Below are positions 8,910 to 17,534 of a DNA stretch of 22,496 bases, piece after piece (the stretch's first letter is position 1; the number at the start of each line of letters is the position of its first letter). Origin of the DNA: a candidate division WOR-3 bacterium. GTDB lineage: Bacteria; Hydrothermota; Hydrothermia; Hydrothermales; Hydrothermaceae. Below the pieces are notes generated by a model that saw only the letters and a program-made list of their open reading frames with translations, did no database searches and was not told where the DNA came from. The stretch covers positions 1-22,496 of the forward strand of contig JBDRZD010000032.1 of assembly GCA_039803745.1 (NCBI GenBank), given 5' to 3'. Both the position numbers and the translations under genes were made by a program.

Positions 8910-11907
8910 AAAAGTTTGTTTTAAATGTTTTGCTTATATTCCTGAAGATGCTCTATATTGTCCCTCCTGTGGAGTAAATTTAATTTCTGAAGAAAAAGAA
9001 GCAAAAGGAGAGGGTGAAAAAAAATTTATAACTTGCTTATTCATCTTAATAGAAAAGCCGGAATATGAAATGTTTGATGAAAAAAAATTTAAAGAAAGGA
9101 TTGAAGTGCTTTATGAAATAAATAAGATGAGCAAGGAATTCGGTGGCTGGATTGATAAATGGATCGGCTTAAATGGCTTAATGATAATTTTTGGAATTCC
9201 GAGAGCAAAAAGTATGGATGCAGAAATTGCTTGTAAACTCGCTTTAGAAGTAGAAAAATATTTAAAAGAAAAAAAATTAAATTATAGAATAGGAATAAAT
9301 TCGGGATGGGTTTATTTCGGACAGATTGGTCCGGGTAATTACCTTCATACAACTGTTATAGGAGATACTGTAAATATAGCCTATAGATTAGCAGAAATAT
9401 CAAATTCTGAAATAATAATTTCTGAAGATACAAATTCCCTTGTTGAAGAAAGATTTCACACAATAAAAAAGAAAAAGATGTTTTTAAAGGGAAGGGGGGA
9501 GATTATTTCAATATACGAGTTAAAGGGTATAAGGGAAAAGCCAAAAGAGATGCATTTTAGAATACCATTTACTGGTAGAGAAGAAGAACTCAAAATTCTT
9601 AATTCATATAAGGAACTTGCAAGAAAGAGAAAGGGAAATGTACTTTTTATAAAAGGTGAACCAGGTATTGGAAAGACAACACTTAAAAATTACTGGCTTA
9701 AAATATTTGAAGGAAAGGAAGATTTTTTTATATTTGAAGGAGAACCTCTCTTTGAAATTTATGGAAGTCCTATAGGAACAATTCAAAAAGCGATAACAAA
9801 ATTTATAGAAAAAGAAAAAAATATTCAAAGTATTAAAGATTATGAGGAAATAAAGGAAATACTATTTGAAATAGAAATCAGGGAAAAATTTGAACCTTTT
9901 TCTTATATTGAACTTTTAAAATTAAGATTGAGAAAATTTTTAGAATCTCTTTTAGAAATAAAACCAATTATATTTATAGTTGATTCTTGTGAAAAAATTG
10001 ATGAGATAACAAAAATTATTCTGGAGTATCTAATTACCACTTTAAATCATAAAATATTTTTCCTTTTACTGGGAAGGGAGAATCCTTTTGGGAGAGAACT
10101 TCTTTTTATAAAAGAAAAAGAACTTTTACCTTTTGACTATAGAGAGATAAATGATATATTAAGAAAATTTCTGAAAGAAGATTTAAGCACTGATTTTGTT
10201 AAAAAATTTATAGAGATAACCGAGGGCATACCACTTTATGTTACAGAATTTTTAAAGATCCTGTCAAGAAAAAAAAGTAAATCCCTTGAGATTCCCGGAA
10301 CTTTAATAAGTACTATTTTAGAATTTTATGATATATTAACAAAAGAAGAAAGGGAAGTGCTTGAAAAGATGAGCGTATTGATAGAGTGGGATGAAGAAGG
10401 CGAATTAAAAGACTTTTTCAACGAAGAGGAAAAAAATATAATTAAAAACTTTGTAGAGGAGGAAATACTTGAAAAAGAAGGAAATATTTATAAATTTGTA
10501 AACCCACTTATAAGAAATGTAATTTATAATGCAATCCTAAAAAAGAAAAAGTTAAAGATCCATTCAGATGTTATAAATATACTTGATAGTAAAATAGATT
10601 TAAATAAATTATCTTCTTATCTTTTTTATCATTCCTATAATGGAGAATTATGGGAAAAGGCATTTGAATTTGCATTAATTTCAGGAAAAGATAGATTTGC
10701 ATCTGGTGCATTTAAGGAAAGCATAGATTATTTAAATAAAGGAGAGGAATGCTTCCAGAAAATTAAAGAAAAAAATTTTGTAAAACTAAGCGAAGTCTTT
10801 GAATACAAAGCAGAAGCAAAAAAGAATTTAGGTCTTATAGAAGAGGCAATAAAAGATCTGCATAAAAGTATAGTAATGGTAGAAGGAACCGATGATATTA
10901 AGCTATTTTCGTTGAAACAAAAACTTGCTGAAACTTATCTTGAAAAAAATGAAATAGAACCCTGCAAGAAAATAATTACTGAAATTTTAAATATAAAAGA
11001 AAAAATTAAAGATGAAATTATTTTTTCAACTCATCTTACCCTTGGCAAACTTTATTTTAATTTAGGGAAATTTCATCTTTCCCTGGCAGAATACAATAAG
11101 GCATATAACATTATGAAAAATTTAAATGAAAAAAGAATTTATAAAATAGCTCTAACTCTTTCAGAACTTCACAAAGAGGTAGGGAATTTTGAAATGGCAG
11201 AAGAATATATAAATATAGCCGAAGGAAATGTTAAAGAATATAAAGATATATTATATGAGTTCAAGATAATGGAAAATAAATTTGATTTGTATATTAAAAC
11301 AGGCAATTTTATTAAAATAAAAGAAGAGGTAAATAAAATTATAGGTATGGCTAAATTTATAGAAAACAATTATTATTACTTTGTGTTTTTAGCATTAAAG
11401 GCACTTTTATTTTCCTATTTAAAAGATGAAAAAGAAGCGAAAAAGATTGTTCAAGAATTGTTACCAATATGGACAAATTTTGGAAGCGCCTTTAAATCTT
11501 TATTAAACTTATCTAAGGCAATGTATTTAACAGGGGAAAGAGAAGCCCTTTTAAAAATATTAAGAGAACTGTATAAAATCCATGAAAAACTCCATCCCTT
11601 CCTGTTTGTGGAGTTAAATCTTTTGCTTGCAAAAATCCAGGAAACAGAATCAGAAAAATACCTTGAAAGGGCATGGGAAATTGCAAAGGAAATAACATCA
11701 CCCTATTTACATCTTCTTGTTTTTTTAACTTTTACAGAAGTATATAATAAAATTGGTAATAAGGAAAAGGCAAAGATTTATTATAGAAAAGCAGACTATA
11801 TGTTAAAAGAGTTATCTGAAAAAATAAAAAGACCGGATCTTAAAAGATATTTCTTACTACACCCTGATTTTGACATTTTGAGAACCGCACATTTTCTTCT
11901 TTCTTGA
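8899..11907 (+). CDS. Zinc-ribbon + class III cyclase (C2-like half) + STAND P-loop NTPase + TPR-like repeats
   Basis: CxxC-x10-CxxC, then GGWIDKWIG, RIGINSG, TTVIGDTVNIAYRL and LKGRG. NTPase motifs FTGREEEL, Walker A GEPGIGKT (9655-9678), Walker B-like IIFIVD, TEGIPLYV and FVNPLIR. Helical TPR-like C-terminus. Confidence 0.9.
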   Translation: MENRKVCFKCFAYIPEDALYCPSCGVNLISEEKEAKGEGEKKFITCLFILIEKPEYEMFDEKKFKERIEVLYEINKMSKEFGGWIDKWIGLNGLMIIFGIPRAKSMDAEIACKLALEVEKYLKEKKLNYRIGINSGWVYFGQIGPGNYLHTTVIGDTVNIAYRLAEISNSEIIISEDTNSLVEERFHTIKKKKMFLKGRGEIISIYELKGIREKPKEMHFRIPFTGREEELKILNSYKELARKRKGNVLFIKGEPGIGKTTLKNYWLKIFEGKEDFFIFEGEPLFEIYGSPIGTIQKAITKFIEKEKNIQSIKDYEEIKEILFEIEIREKFEPFSYIELLKLRLRKFLESLLEIKPIIFIVDSCEKIDEITKIILEYLITTLNHKIFFLLLGRENPFGRELLFIKEKELLPFDYREINDILRKFLKEDLSTDFVKKFIEITEGIPLYVTEFLKILSRKKSKSLEIPGTLISTILEFYDILTKEEREVLEKMSVLIEWDEEGELKDFFNEEEKNIIKNFVEEEILEKEGNIYKFVNPLIRNVIYNAILKKKKLKIHSDVINILDSKIDLNKLSSYLFYHSYNGELWEKAFEFALISGKDRFASGAFKESIDYLNKGEECFQKIKEKNFVKLSEVFEYKAEAKKNLGLIEEAIKDLHKSIVMVEGTDDIKLFSLKQKLAETYLEKNEIEPCKKIITEILNIKEKIKDEIIFSTHLTLGKLYFNLGKFHLSLAEYNKAYNIMKNLNEKRIYKIALTLSELHKEVGNFEMAEEYINIAEGNVKEYKDILYEFKIMENKFDLYIKTGNFIKIKEEVNKIIGMAKFIENNYYYFVFLALKALLFSYLKDEKEAKKIVQELLPIWTNFGSAFKSLLNLSKAMYLTGEREALLKILRELYKIHEKLHPFLFVELNLLLAKIQETESEKYLERAWEIAKEITSPYLHLLVFLTFTEVYNKIGNKEKAKIYYRKADYMLKELSEKIKRPDLKRYFLLHPDFDILRTAHFLLS

Positions 11908-11936
11908 TTGACTTTTTATTTATTTTATCATAAAAT
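11908..11936 (+). promoter_or_regulatory. Internal sigma70 promoter for the cheW-to-roadblock sub-operon
   Basis: TTGACT (11908-11913), 17-nt spacer, TAAAAT (11931-11936), lying in the only real gap of the cluster. ATG at 11947 is 10 nt downstream with no SD. Confidence 0.7.
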
Positions 11937-11946
11937 TTTAAATTTA

Positions 11947-12372
11947 ATGTTTGAATTACTTATATGTAAAATTAGAAATTTAAAGATAGGGATAGAAGTG
12001 AATAAAATAATTGAGATTGTGGAATCAAAAGAAATAACAAATTTACCTCCAATTTTTAAGACATTAAAAGGAATGTTTAATTTAAGAGGAGATATTTTAC
12101 CTTTTCTTGATATTGGAGAAATTTTATTTAAAGAAAAAAGGGAAGGAAAATTTAACTATTTTGTCATAGTTGAATCAGAAAAGGGGAAAATAGGAATTGG
12201 AATTGATGAAGTAATAGAAAATATTAAAACTGATACAATTCCTTCAAAAAGCGCACCCGGGAAAATTCTTTCAGAAGTTGAAAAAAATTTTTTAAAAGGT
12301 GTTTTAGAAAAAAAAGAAGAAATAATTTATATAATAGATGTAAATAAATTGATTGAAAGGGAGGATATATGA
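11947..12372 (+). CDS. cheW: CheW scaffold protein
   Basis: IGIEVNKIIEIV, ITNLP, GMFNLRGDILPFLD, GIGIDEV, FLKGV and IIDVNKL. Start revised to ATG 11947, because the track's TTG at 11908 is the -35 box. Confidence 0.92.
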   Translation: MFELLICKIRNLKIGIEVNKIIEIVESKEITNLPPIFKTLKGMFNLRGDILPFLDIGEILFKEKREGKFNYFVIVESEKGKIGIGIDEVIENIKTDTIPSKSAPGKILSEVEKNFLKGVLEKKEEIIYIIDVNKLIEREDI

Positions 12373-12734
12373 ATCCAAGGGTTTTGATTGTGGATGATGC
12401 AAGATTTATGAGAAAACTCTTAGGTGATATACTCAAAAGAGGAGGATATGAAATATGTGGAGAGGCAGCAACAGGAGCAGAAGCAATAAAACTTTATAAG
12501 GAGTTAAAACCTGACATTGTGACAATGGATATAATAATGCCCGATATGAGTGGAATAGATGCAGTGAGAGAAATACTCAAAATTGACCCGAATGCAAAAA
12601 TACTCATGGTTTCAGCAATGGGTCAGCAAGCCCTTGTTCTTGAATCATTACAAGCAGGTGCTAAGGATTATATTGTAAAACCTTTCCAACCTATGAGGGT
12701 ATTGGAAGCTGTTGAAAGAATTTTGAAAAAATGA
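12369..12734 (+). CDS. cheY: CheY response regulator (Bacillus/Thermotoga-like)
   Basis: VLIVDDARFMR, PDIVTMDIIMP (phospho-acceptor Asp), MVSAMGQ and KPF. GGAGG SD and an ATGA overlap with cheW. Confidence 0.95.
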   Translation: MNPRVLIVDDARFMRKLLGDILKRGGYEICGEAATGAEAIKLYKELKPDIVTMDIIMPDMSGIDAVREILKIDPNAKILMVSAMGQQALVLESLQAGAKDYIVKPFQPMRVLEAVERILKK

Positions 12735-14479
12735 AAGAACTTAAAGAATATAAAGAACTTTTTAAATCAGAAGTAAAAGAAATCATAGAAAAATGTGAAG
12801 AAATTATATTAAAGATTGAAAAAGAGGGCATTAAAAGAGAATTTATAGATGAACTATTTCGTTATTTTCATACCATTAAAGGCTCTGCTGCTTCTGTTGG
12901 TGAGGAAGAAATAGAAAAAATTTCTCATCGTCTTGAAGATATGCTTGATAAAATAAGAAAAGAGGGAAAAAAGCAAATCGAAATTGAAGAAATTTTAAAA
13001 AGTATAGATAAAATAAAAAAATTACTAAAAGAAAAAATCCAGAAATATGAAATTGAAATTTATCTTTCACCTGAAACTCCTTTAAAAGGAGCAAGAGCCT
13101 TTGTTATATTGGAAAGATTGAAGGAAAAATTTAGAATTTTAAAGGTGGAACCAGATATTGAAGAGATAAAACAGGATAAATTTGATTTTTCCTTTAAAGT
13201 GGAATTAGAAATAGAAGAACAAAATGTAGAAGAGTTAAAAGAGATTTTAAATCTCTATTCAGAAATAGAACATTATAAAATTTTAGAAGTTAAAGAAAAA
13301 GAAATTATAAAAAAAATTAAAGAAGAAGAAATTACTGAAATAAAAATAAAATCTGAAGTTATTGACAGAATTATTAATTATATGGGTGAAGTGCTTATAG
13401 AAAGGGATAAATTGAAAAAAATAATTTCTGAAAAAGGTGAAAAGGAAATAAAAGAAGAATTTGACTCTTTTGAAAGGTTATTAGCATCTATTCAGGATGA
13501 AATTGTGAGTTTAAGATTAATACCTGTAAAAGTAATTCTTTCAGGATTACCAAGATATGTAAGGGATGAGTCTAAAAAACTGGGTAAGGAAATTGAAATT
13601 GAAATTGAAGGAGAGGAAATTGAGGTTGATAGAATTTTATTAGAAAAGTTAAAAGACCCAATAATTCACCTTGTGAGAAATTCTATTGACCATGGCATTG
13701 AAAAACCCGAGGAAAGAATTAAAAACGGTAAGAAAAGGGTTGGGAAAATATCAATAAGTATTAAAAAAGATAGGGGGATAGTTTTTATAAGTGTTAAAGA
13801 TGACGGTGAAGGAATAAATAGAGAAAAGGTGGTTAAAAGGGCTCTTGAATTAGGTATTATAAAAGAAGAAGAAACTTCATCAATAAGTGATGAGAAGATT
13901 GTTGAAATCTTAACAAATCCTCTTTTTTCAACAAAAAAAGATGTAACTTCTCTTTCAGGAAGAGGAGTTGGTTTAAACGTGGTTAAAGAAACACTTCTTA
14001 AAATAGGTGGTGATTTAAAAATAAACTTTGAGGAAAAAAAGGGAACAGAGGTTATTTTAAGAATCCCTGTTTCTCTTGCTATTATAAAAGCTGTTATAGT
14101 TGAAAGTGGTGAAGAGAAATATGTTTTACCTTTAAATTATGTTACAGGAATTTATAATGTTAAAAATATAAAAATCTTTACACTCCAAGGGAAAAAATTC
14201 ACAATAATAAACAAAAAAATTTATCCAGTTTATGAATTTGATTATTTTATAGGAGTAAAAAATAATGGTAAAGAATGCAAAGAGGGAATTGCAGTGGAAG
14301 GGGAAGATATAAGCTTTGTGCTCCTTATAAGCAGGGTAATTTCCGAGCAGGATGTTTTTGTTAAAAACCTTAATGAAATTTTTATGAGAATCCCCTTTAT
14401 TACAGGGGGAACAATTTTGGGAGATGGTAAGCCTTATTTCATAATAGATCCAATTTCACTTATTAAAAAGGGAGGATAA
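12731..14479 (+). CDS. cheA: CheA histidine kinase (P1-P2-P3-P4-P5)
   Basis: Hpt FRYFHTIKGSA (H47), P2 YEIEIYLSPETPLKGARA, HLVRNSIDHGIE, DDGEG, FST...SGRGVGL and a C-terminal CheW-like P5 (GGTILGDG). Confidence 0.96.
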   Translation: MKELKEYKELFKSEVKEIIEKCEEIILKIEKEGIKREFIDELFRYFHTIKGSAASVGEEEIEKISHRLEDMLDKIRKEGKKQIEIEEILKSIDKIKKLLKEKIQKYEIEIYLSPETPLKGARAFVILERLKEKFRILKVEPDIEEIKQDKFDFSFKVELEIEEQNVEELKEILNLYSEIEHYKILEVKEKEIIKKIKEEEITEIKIKSEVIDRIINYMGEVLIERDKLKKIISEKGEKEIKEEFDSFERLLASIQDEIVSLRLIPVKVILSGLPRYVRDESKKLGKEIEIEIEGEEIEVDRILLEKLKDPIIHLVRNSIDHGIEKPEERIKNGKKRVGKISISIKKDRGIVFISVKDDGEGINREKVVKRALELGIIKEEETSSISDEKIVEILTNPLFSTKKDVTSLSGRGVGLNVVKETLLKIGGDLKINFEEKKGTEVILRIPVSLAIIKAVIVESGEEKYVLPLNYVTGIYNVKNIKIFTLQGKKFTIINKKIYPVYEFDYFIGVKNNGKECKEGIAVEGEDISFVLLISRVISEQDVFVKNLNEIFMRIPFITGGTILGDGKPYFIIDPISLIKKGG

Positions 14480-15090
14480 TGAAATTAAAGGATTTGAGCC
14501 CATTTTATATTGATGGAATAAAAGAAGTGGCAAATATAGGAGCAGGTCATGCTGCAACTTCCTTATCTCAACTGATTAAAAGGAAAATATTTATGCATCC
14601 ACCGGATGTTTTCATAGGTAAATCAGAAGAAGTATTTAACCAAATAATGGACAAAAACTATCTTGCCATAGGTGTGTTACAGTATTTCTTAGGTGATTTA
14701 ACAGGATTAACACTTTTATTAATGGAAAATGAAGAAGCAAAAAAATTCCTTTCTTTGATGATGGAAGAAGATATCAGGGAAATAGGAGAAAATGAAGAAT
14801 CTGCTTTAAAGGAAATAACAAATATAGTAACAGGTTCTTACATGACTTCCTTATCTGAATTCCTGAATCTTTTAGCCCTGCCATCTGTCCCATTTCTTAA
14901 AATTGACATGACAAAGGCAATTGTCACATCTGCTCTTTTAAGTATAGAGTATTATGAAGAATTCGCTATATGTATAAAAAGTACATTCTTTGTAGAGAAC
15001 GGACCAAAAATTACATTTAACTTCTTCTTCCTGCCTGATGAAAGTGGAATAATAGTTTTAACAAATAGACTTCAGGAAATGATAGAATGA
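14479..15090 (+). CDS. cheC: CheC CheY-P phosphatase
   Basis: Two intact (D/S)-x3-E-x2-N-x22-P motifs: D12/E16/N19/P42 and S108/E112/N115/P138. GGAGG SD and a TAATG overlap. Confidence 0.93.
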   Translation: MKLKDLSPFYIDGIKEVANIGAGHAATSLSQLIKRKIFMHPPDVFIGKSEEVFNQIMDKNYLAIGVLQYFLGDLTGLTLLLMENEEAKKFLSLMMEEDIREIGENEESALKEITNIVTGSYMTSLSEFLNLLALPSVPFLKIDMTKAIVTSALLSIEYYEEFAICIKSTFFVENGPKITFNFFFLPDESGIIVLTNRLQEMIE

Positions 15091-17534
15091 ATATAAAAGA
15101 AGAAGAAATTAAAATACTTAAAAAATTTGGAGAAAAAATAGACCCAAAGGATCCTTCTTCTCATAATAATCTTGCAATCGTTTTCTTTAATAGAGGTCTT
15201 GTAGAAGATGCTGTTTCGGAATTAAAAAAGGCTCTTGAAATAAACCCCGATTTCAAGATTGCCCAGAGAAATTTAATAATAATTTTAAAAAGAACAGGTA
15301 AAATAGAAGATTATATTGAAAAACCTTTAAGGGAAGTAATGCAGGATCCGGAAAATATAGAAATAAGAATAAGGCTTGCTGAAGCATATTTCCATATAGG
15401 CAAGTACACTGAGGCAATGACTGAATATAAAAATGTAATAACAAAAGATCCAAATAATATAAAAGCATTAAAGGGACTTGGTACTGTCAAGAAAAAAATG
15501 GGGCTATTGCAGGAAGCCCTTGCTACCTTTAAAAGAGCCTACAAAATAAATCCAGAAGATGAGGAAGTATTAAGGAGCATGGGTGAAATATATTACAATA
15601 TGGGATTATATGAAATGGCAATAAAATATTTGAAAAATGCAATAAAAGTAAATCCTGAGTCAGCAGAAGCACATCTTTTTCTCTCCTTTGCATTAGGTGA
15701 AATGGGGTTAATAGAAGAGGCACTTGATGAAGCAATAAAAGCAAAAGAGTTGAATCCATATATTGCAGATATAAAAGAATTAATAGAAATTGAAGATGAA
15801 AAAATATCTGCAGAGGAAGAACTTAAAGAGGCAATGGGAATAAAAATAAGGGAGAAAATACTCACATTTAAATCAAGGCTTGAAATGGCACAGGTTTATA
15901 AAAATAAACTTCTGTTAAAAGATGCATTGAGGGAATTAAATAAGGCTCTGGAAGAACAGCCCCTTGAAAGAGAGGCACTAAAACTTAAAGCAGAAATAGA
16001 AATTATTGAAGGGGATTATGATGAAGCCCTTAATACTCTTGATAAAATAAGTCCAAAGGATTTTCACACATGGAATATGACAGCCTGTGTTTTGCTTTTA
16101 AAGGGTTTTAAAGAGAGGGCTAAAAAAATATGGGAAAACATACTAAATTATCCTTATGCTCTTAATAACTATGCCCTCCTTTTTATACCCGATAAACAGG
16201 AAGAAGCAGAAGCGCTTCTAAAAAGGGCATACGAAATGGAAGAAGGCTTTCTGATACCTCTTTATAACCTCTCTTTTTTAAAAATGATGCAGGGTAAAAA
16301 AGAAGAGGCGGAAAAAAATCTTGCAGAGTTAACTGAACTTTATTATACAGATCCTGTAATAATTTATAATTATGCAAAAATATTAATTGAAAAAGAAAAA
16401 CTATCAGAGGCAGAAAAAATGGTAAAAAATGCTCTTGAAGTTTTCCCTGATAATTTTTTACTCATATCTTCTATTAAAAAAATCTATTCAATTAAGGGTG
16501 AAGAAGAAAAGATTCAAGAAATGGAAAATATAAAACCTAAAAAAATAGAAAAGGGTGAAGTGTTCTTACTTGCCATAGCGGGTTCCCCAAGAGGAATTCC
16601 TTATTCCCCAGAAAGAGTAATTAAGAAAGAAGAAATAAAGGATTTAAAAATAAAAATTGAAAGAGCAAAAAAATATATAGAAGAAAATAATTATGAAGAA
16701 GCCCAAAAAATAATAGAAGAAGCAAAAAAAATTTATCCTGAAGATTTTGAAGTGAATTATCTTCTTGGTGAAATGTATTATAAATTAGGATTCTATGAGG
16801 CTGCAGAAAATATCTTTATAACTTTAAGAAAAAAAACTTTTGATCCAAGGATAGTGCTAAAACTTGCAGAGATATATATAAAAATAGGAAGACTAAGAGA
16901 GGCTGAAAGGGAATTGGAAGAGATAAAAGAAGAAGGAATTTTTTATTACGAAAAGATGAACCTGTTATCAGAAATAAAAGAAAAAAAGGGAGAATATATA
17001 GAGGCTCTTAAAATAATAAGTAAACTTTTTGAGTTTAAAAAAGATGATACAAAGGTTTTGCTTAAATTTGGTAAATTACTGTTAAAAACAAGGAGGTTTG
17101 AAGATGCAAAAAAAACTTTTTTAAAAATTTTAGAAAAAGAACCTTTTAACAAGATAGCAGAATATTACCTCGCAAAAGTATACTTACATACAAATGAGAT
17201 TGATAAAGCAAAAGAATTGTGCGAACAATTATTGGTAAGGGAAAAAGAAAATCCCTATGCTTTTCTTTTAAAAGCCGAAATATTAATAAAAGAAGGAAAA
17301 TATAAAGAGGCGATACCCTATTTAGAGAATTCAATAAAAATAAACTTCTGGCTACCACTTGCCCATTATTATATAGGAATTGTATATGCATTAGAAGGCA
17401 GACATGAAGAAGCAATTTACCACTGGGAAAAAGTGATAAAAATGGAACCAAATACAAAAATAGGAAAGAAGGCAGGAGAATACATTAAAACAACACTTAG
17501 TTTTTTAAACCTTTTAAAAAAGGATATAGAATAA
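15087..17534 (+). CDS. Large multi-TPR protein (815 aa)
   Basis: Repeated TPR consensus throughout (HNNLAIVFFNRGLVEDAVSELKKALEINP; MGEIYYNMGLYEMAIKYLKNAIKVNP; AHYYIGIVYALEGRHEEAIYHWEKVIKMEP). No signal peptide seen. Confidence 0.92.
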   Translation: MNIKEEEIKILKKFGEKIDPKDPSSHNNLAIVFFNRGLVEDAVSELKKALEINPDFKIAQRNLIIILKRTGKIEDYIEKPLREVMQDPENIEIRIRLAEAYFHIGKYTEAMTEYKNVITKDPNNIKALKGLGTVKKKMGLLQEALATFKRAYKINPEDEEVLRSMGEIYYNMGLYEMAIKYLKNAIKVNPESAEAHLFLSFALGEMGLIEEALDEAIKAKELNPYIADIKELIEIEDEKISAEEELKEAMGIKIREKILTFKSRLEMAQVYKNKLLLKDALRELNKALEEQPLEREALKLKAEIEIIEGDYDEALNTLDKISPKDFHTWNMTACVLLLKGFKERAKKIWENILNYPYALNNYALLFIPDKQEEAEALLKRAYEMEEGFLIPLYNLSFLKMMQGKKEEAEKNLAELTELYYTDPVIIYNYAKILIEKEKLSEAEKMVKNALEVFPDNFLLISSIKKIYSIKGEEEKIQEMENIKPKKIEKGEVFLLAIAGSPRGIPYSPERVIKKEEIKDLKIKIERAKKYIEENNYEEAQKIIEEAKKIYPEDFEVNYLLGEMYYKLGFYEAAENIFITLRKKTFDPRIVLKLAEIYIKIGRLREAERELEEIKEEGIFYYEKMNLLSEIKEKKGEYIEALKIISKLFEFKKDDTKVLLKFGKLLLKTRRFEDAKKTFLKILEKEPFNKIAEYYLAKVYLHTNEIDKAKELCEQLLVREKENPYAFLLKAEILIKEGKYKEAIPYLENSIKINFWLPLAHYYIGIVYALEGRHEEAIYHWEKVIKMEPNTKIGKKAGEYIKTTLSFLNLLKKDIE

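Noticed and set aside
5596..11907. Anti-phage system (Pycsar cyclase or Avs STAND)
   Set aside because: There is no cNMP-binding TM/TIR effector or nuclease, the Lys/Thr residues indicate ATP specificity, and the context is chemosensory and housekeeping rather than a defence island. Not formally excluded.
11908..11946. TTG start for cheW at 11908
   Set aside because: The TTG is the -35 hexamer of a 17-nt-spaced promoter, the extra 13 residues are not CheW-like, and ATG 11947 fits better.
13590..13625. GAAATT tandem repeat in cheA
   Set aside because: It encodes the EIEIEIEGEEIE beta strand at a normal CheA position and is a codon-level effect.
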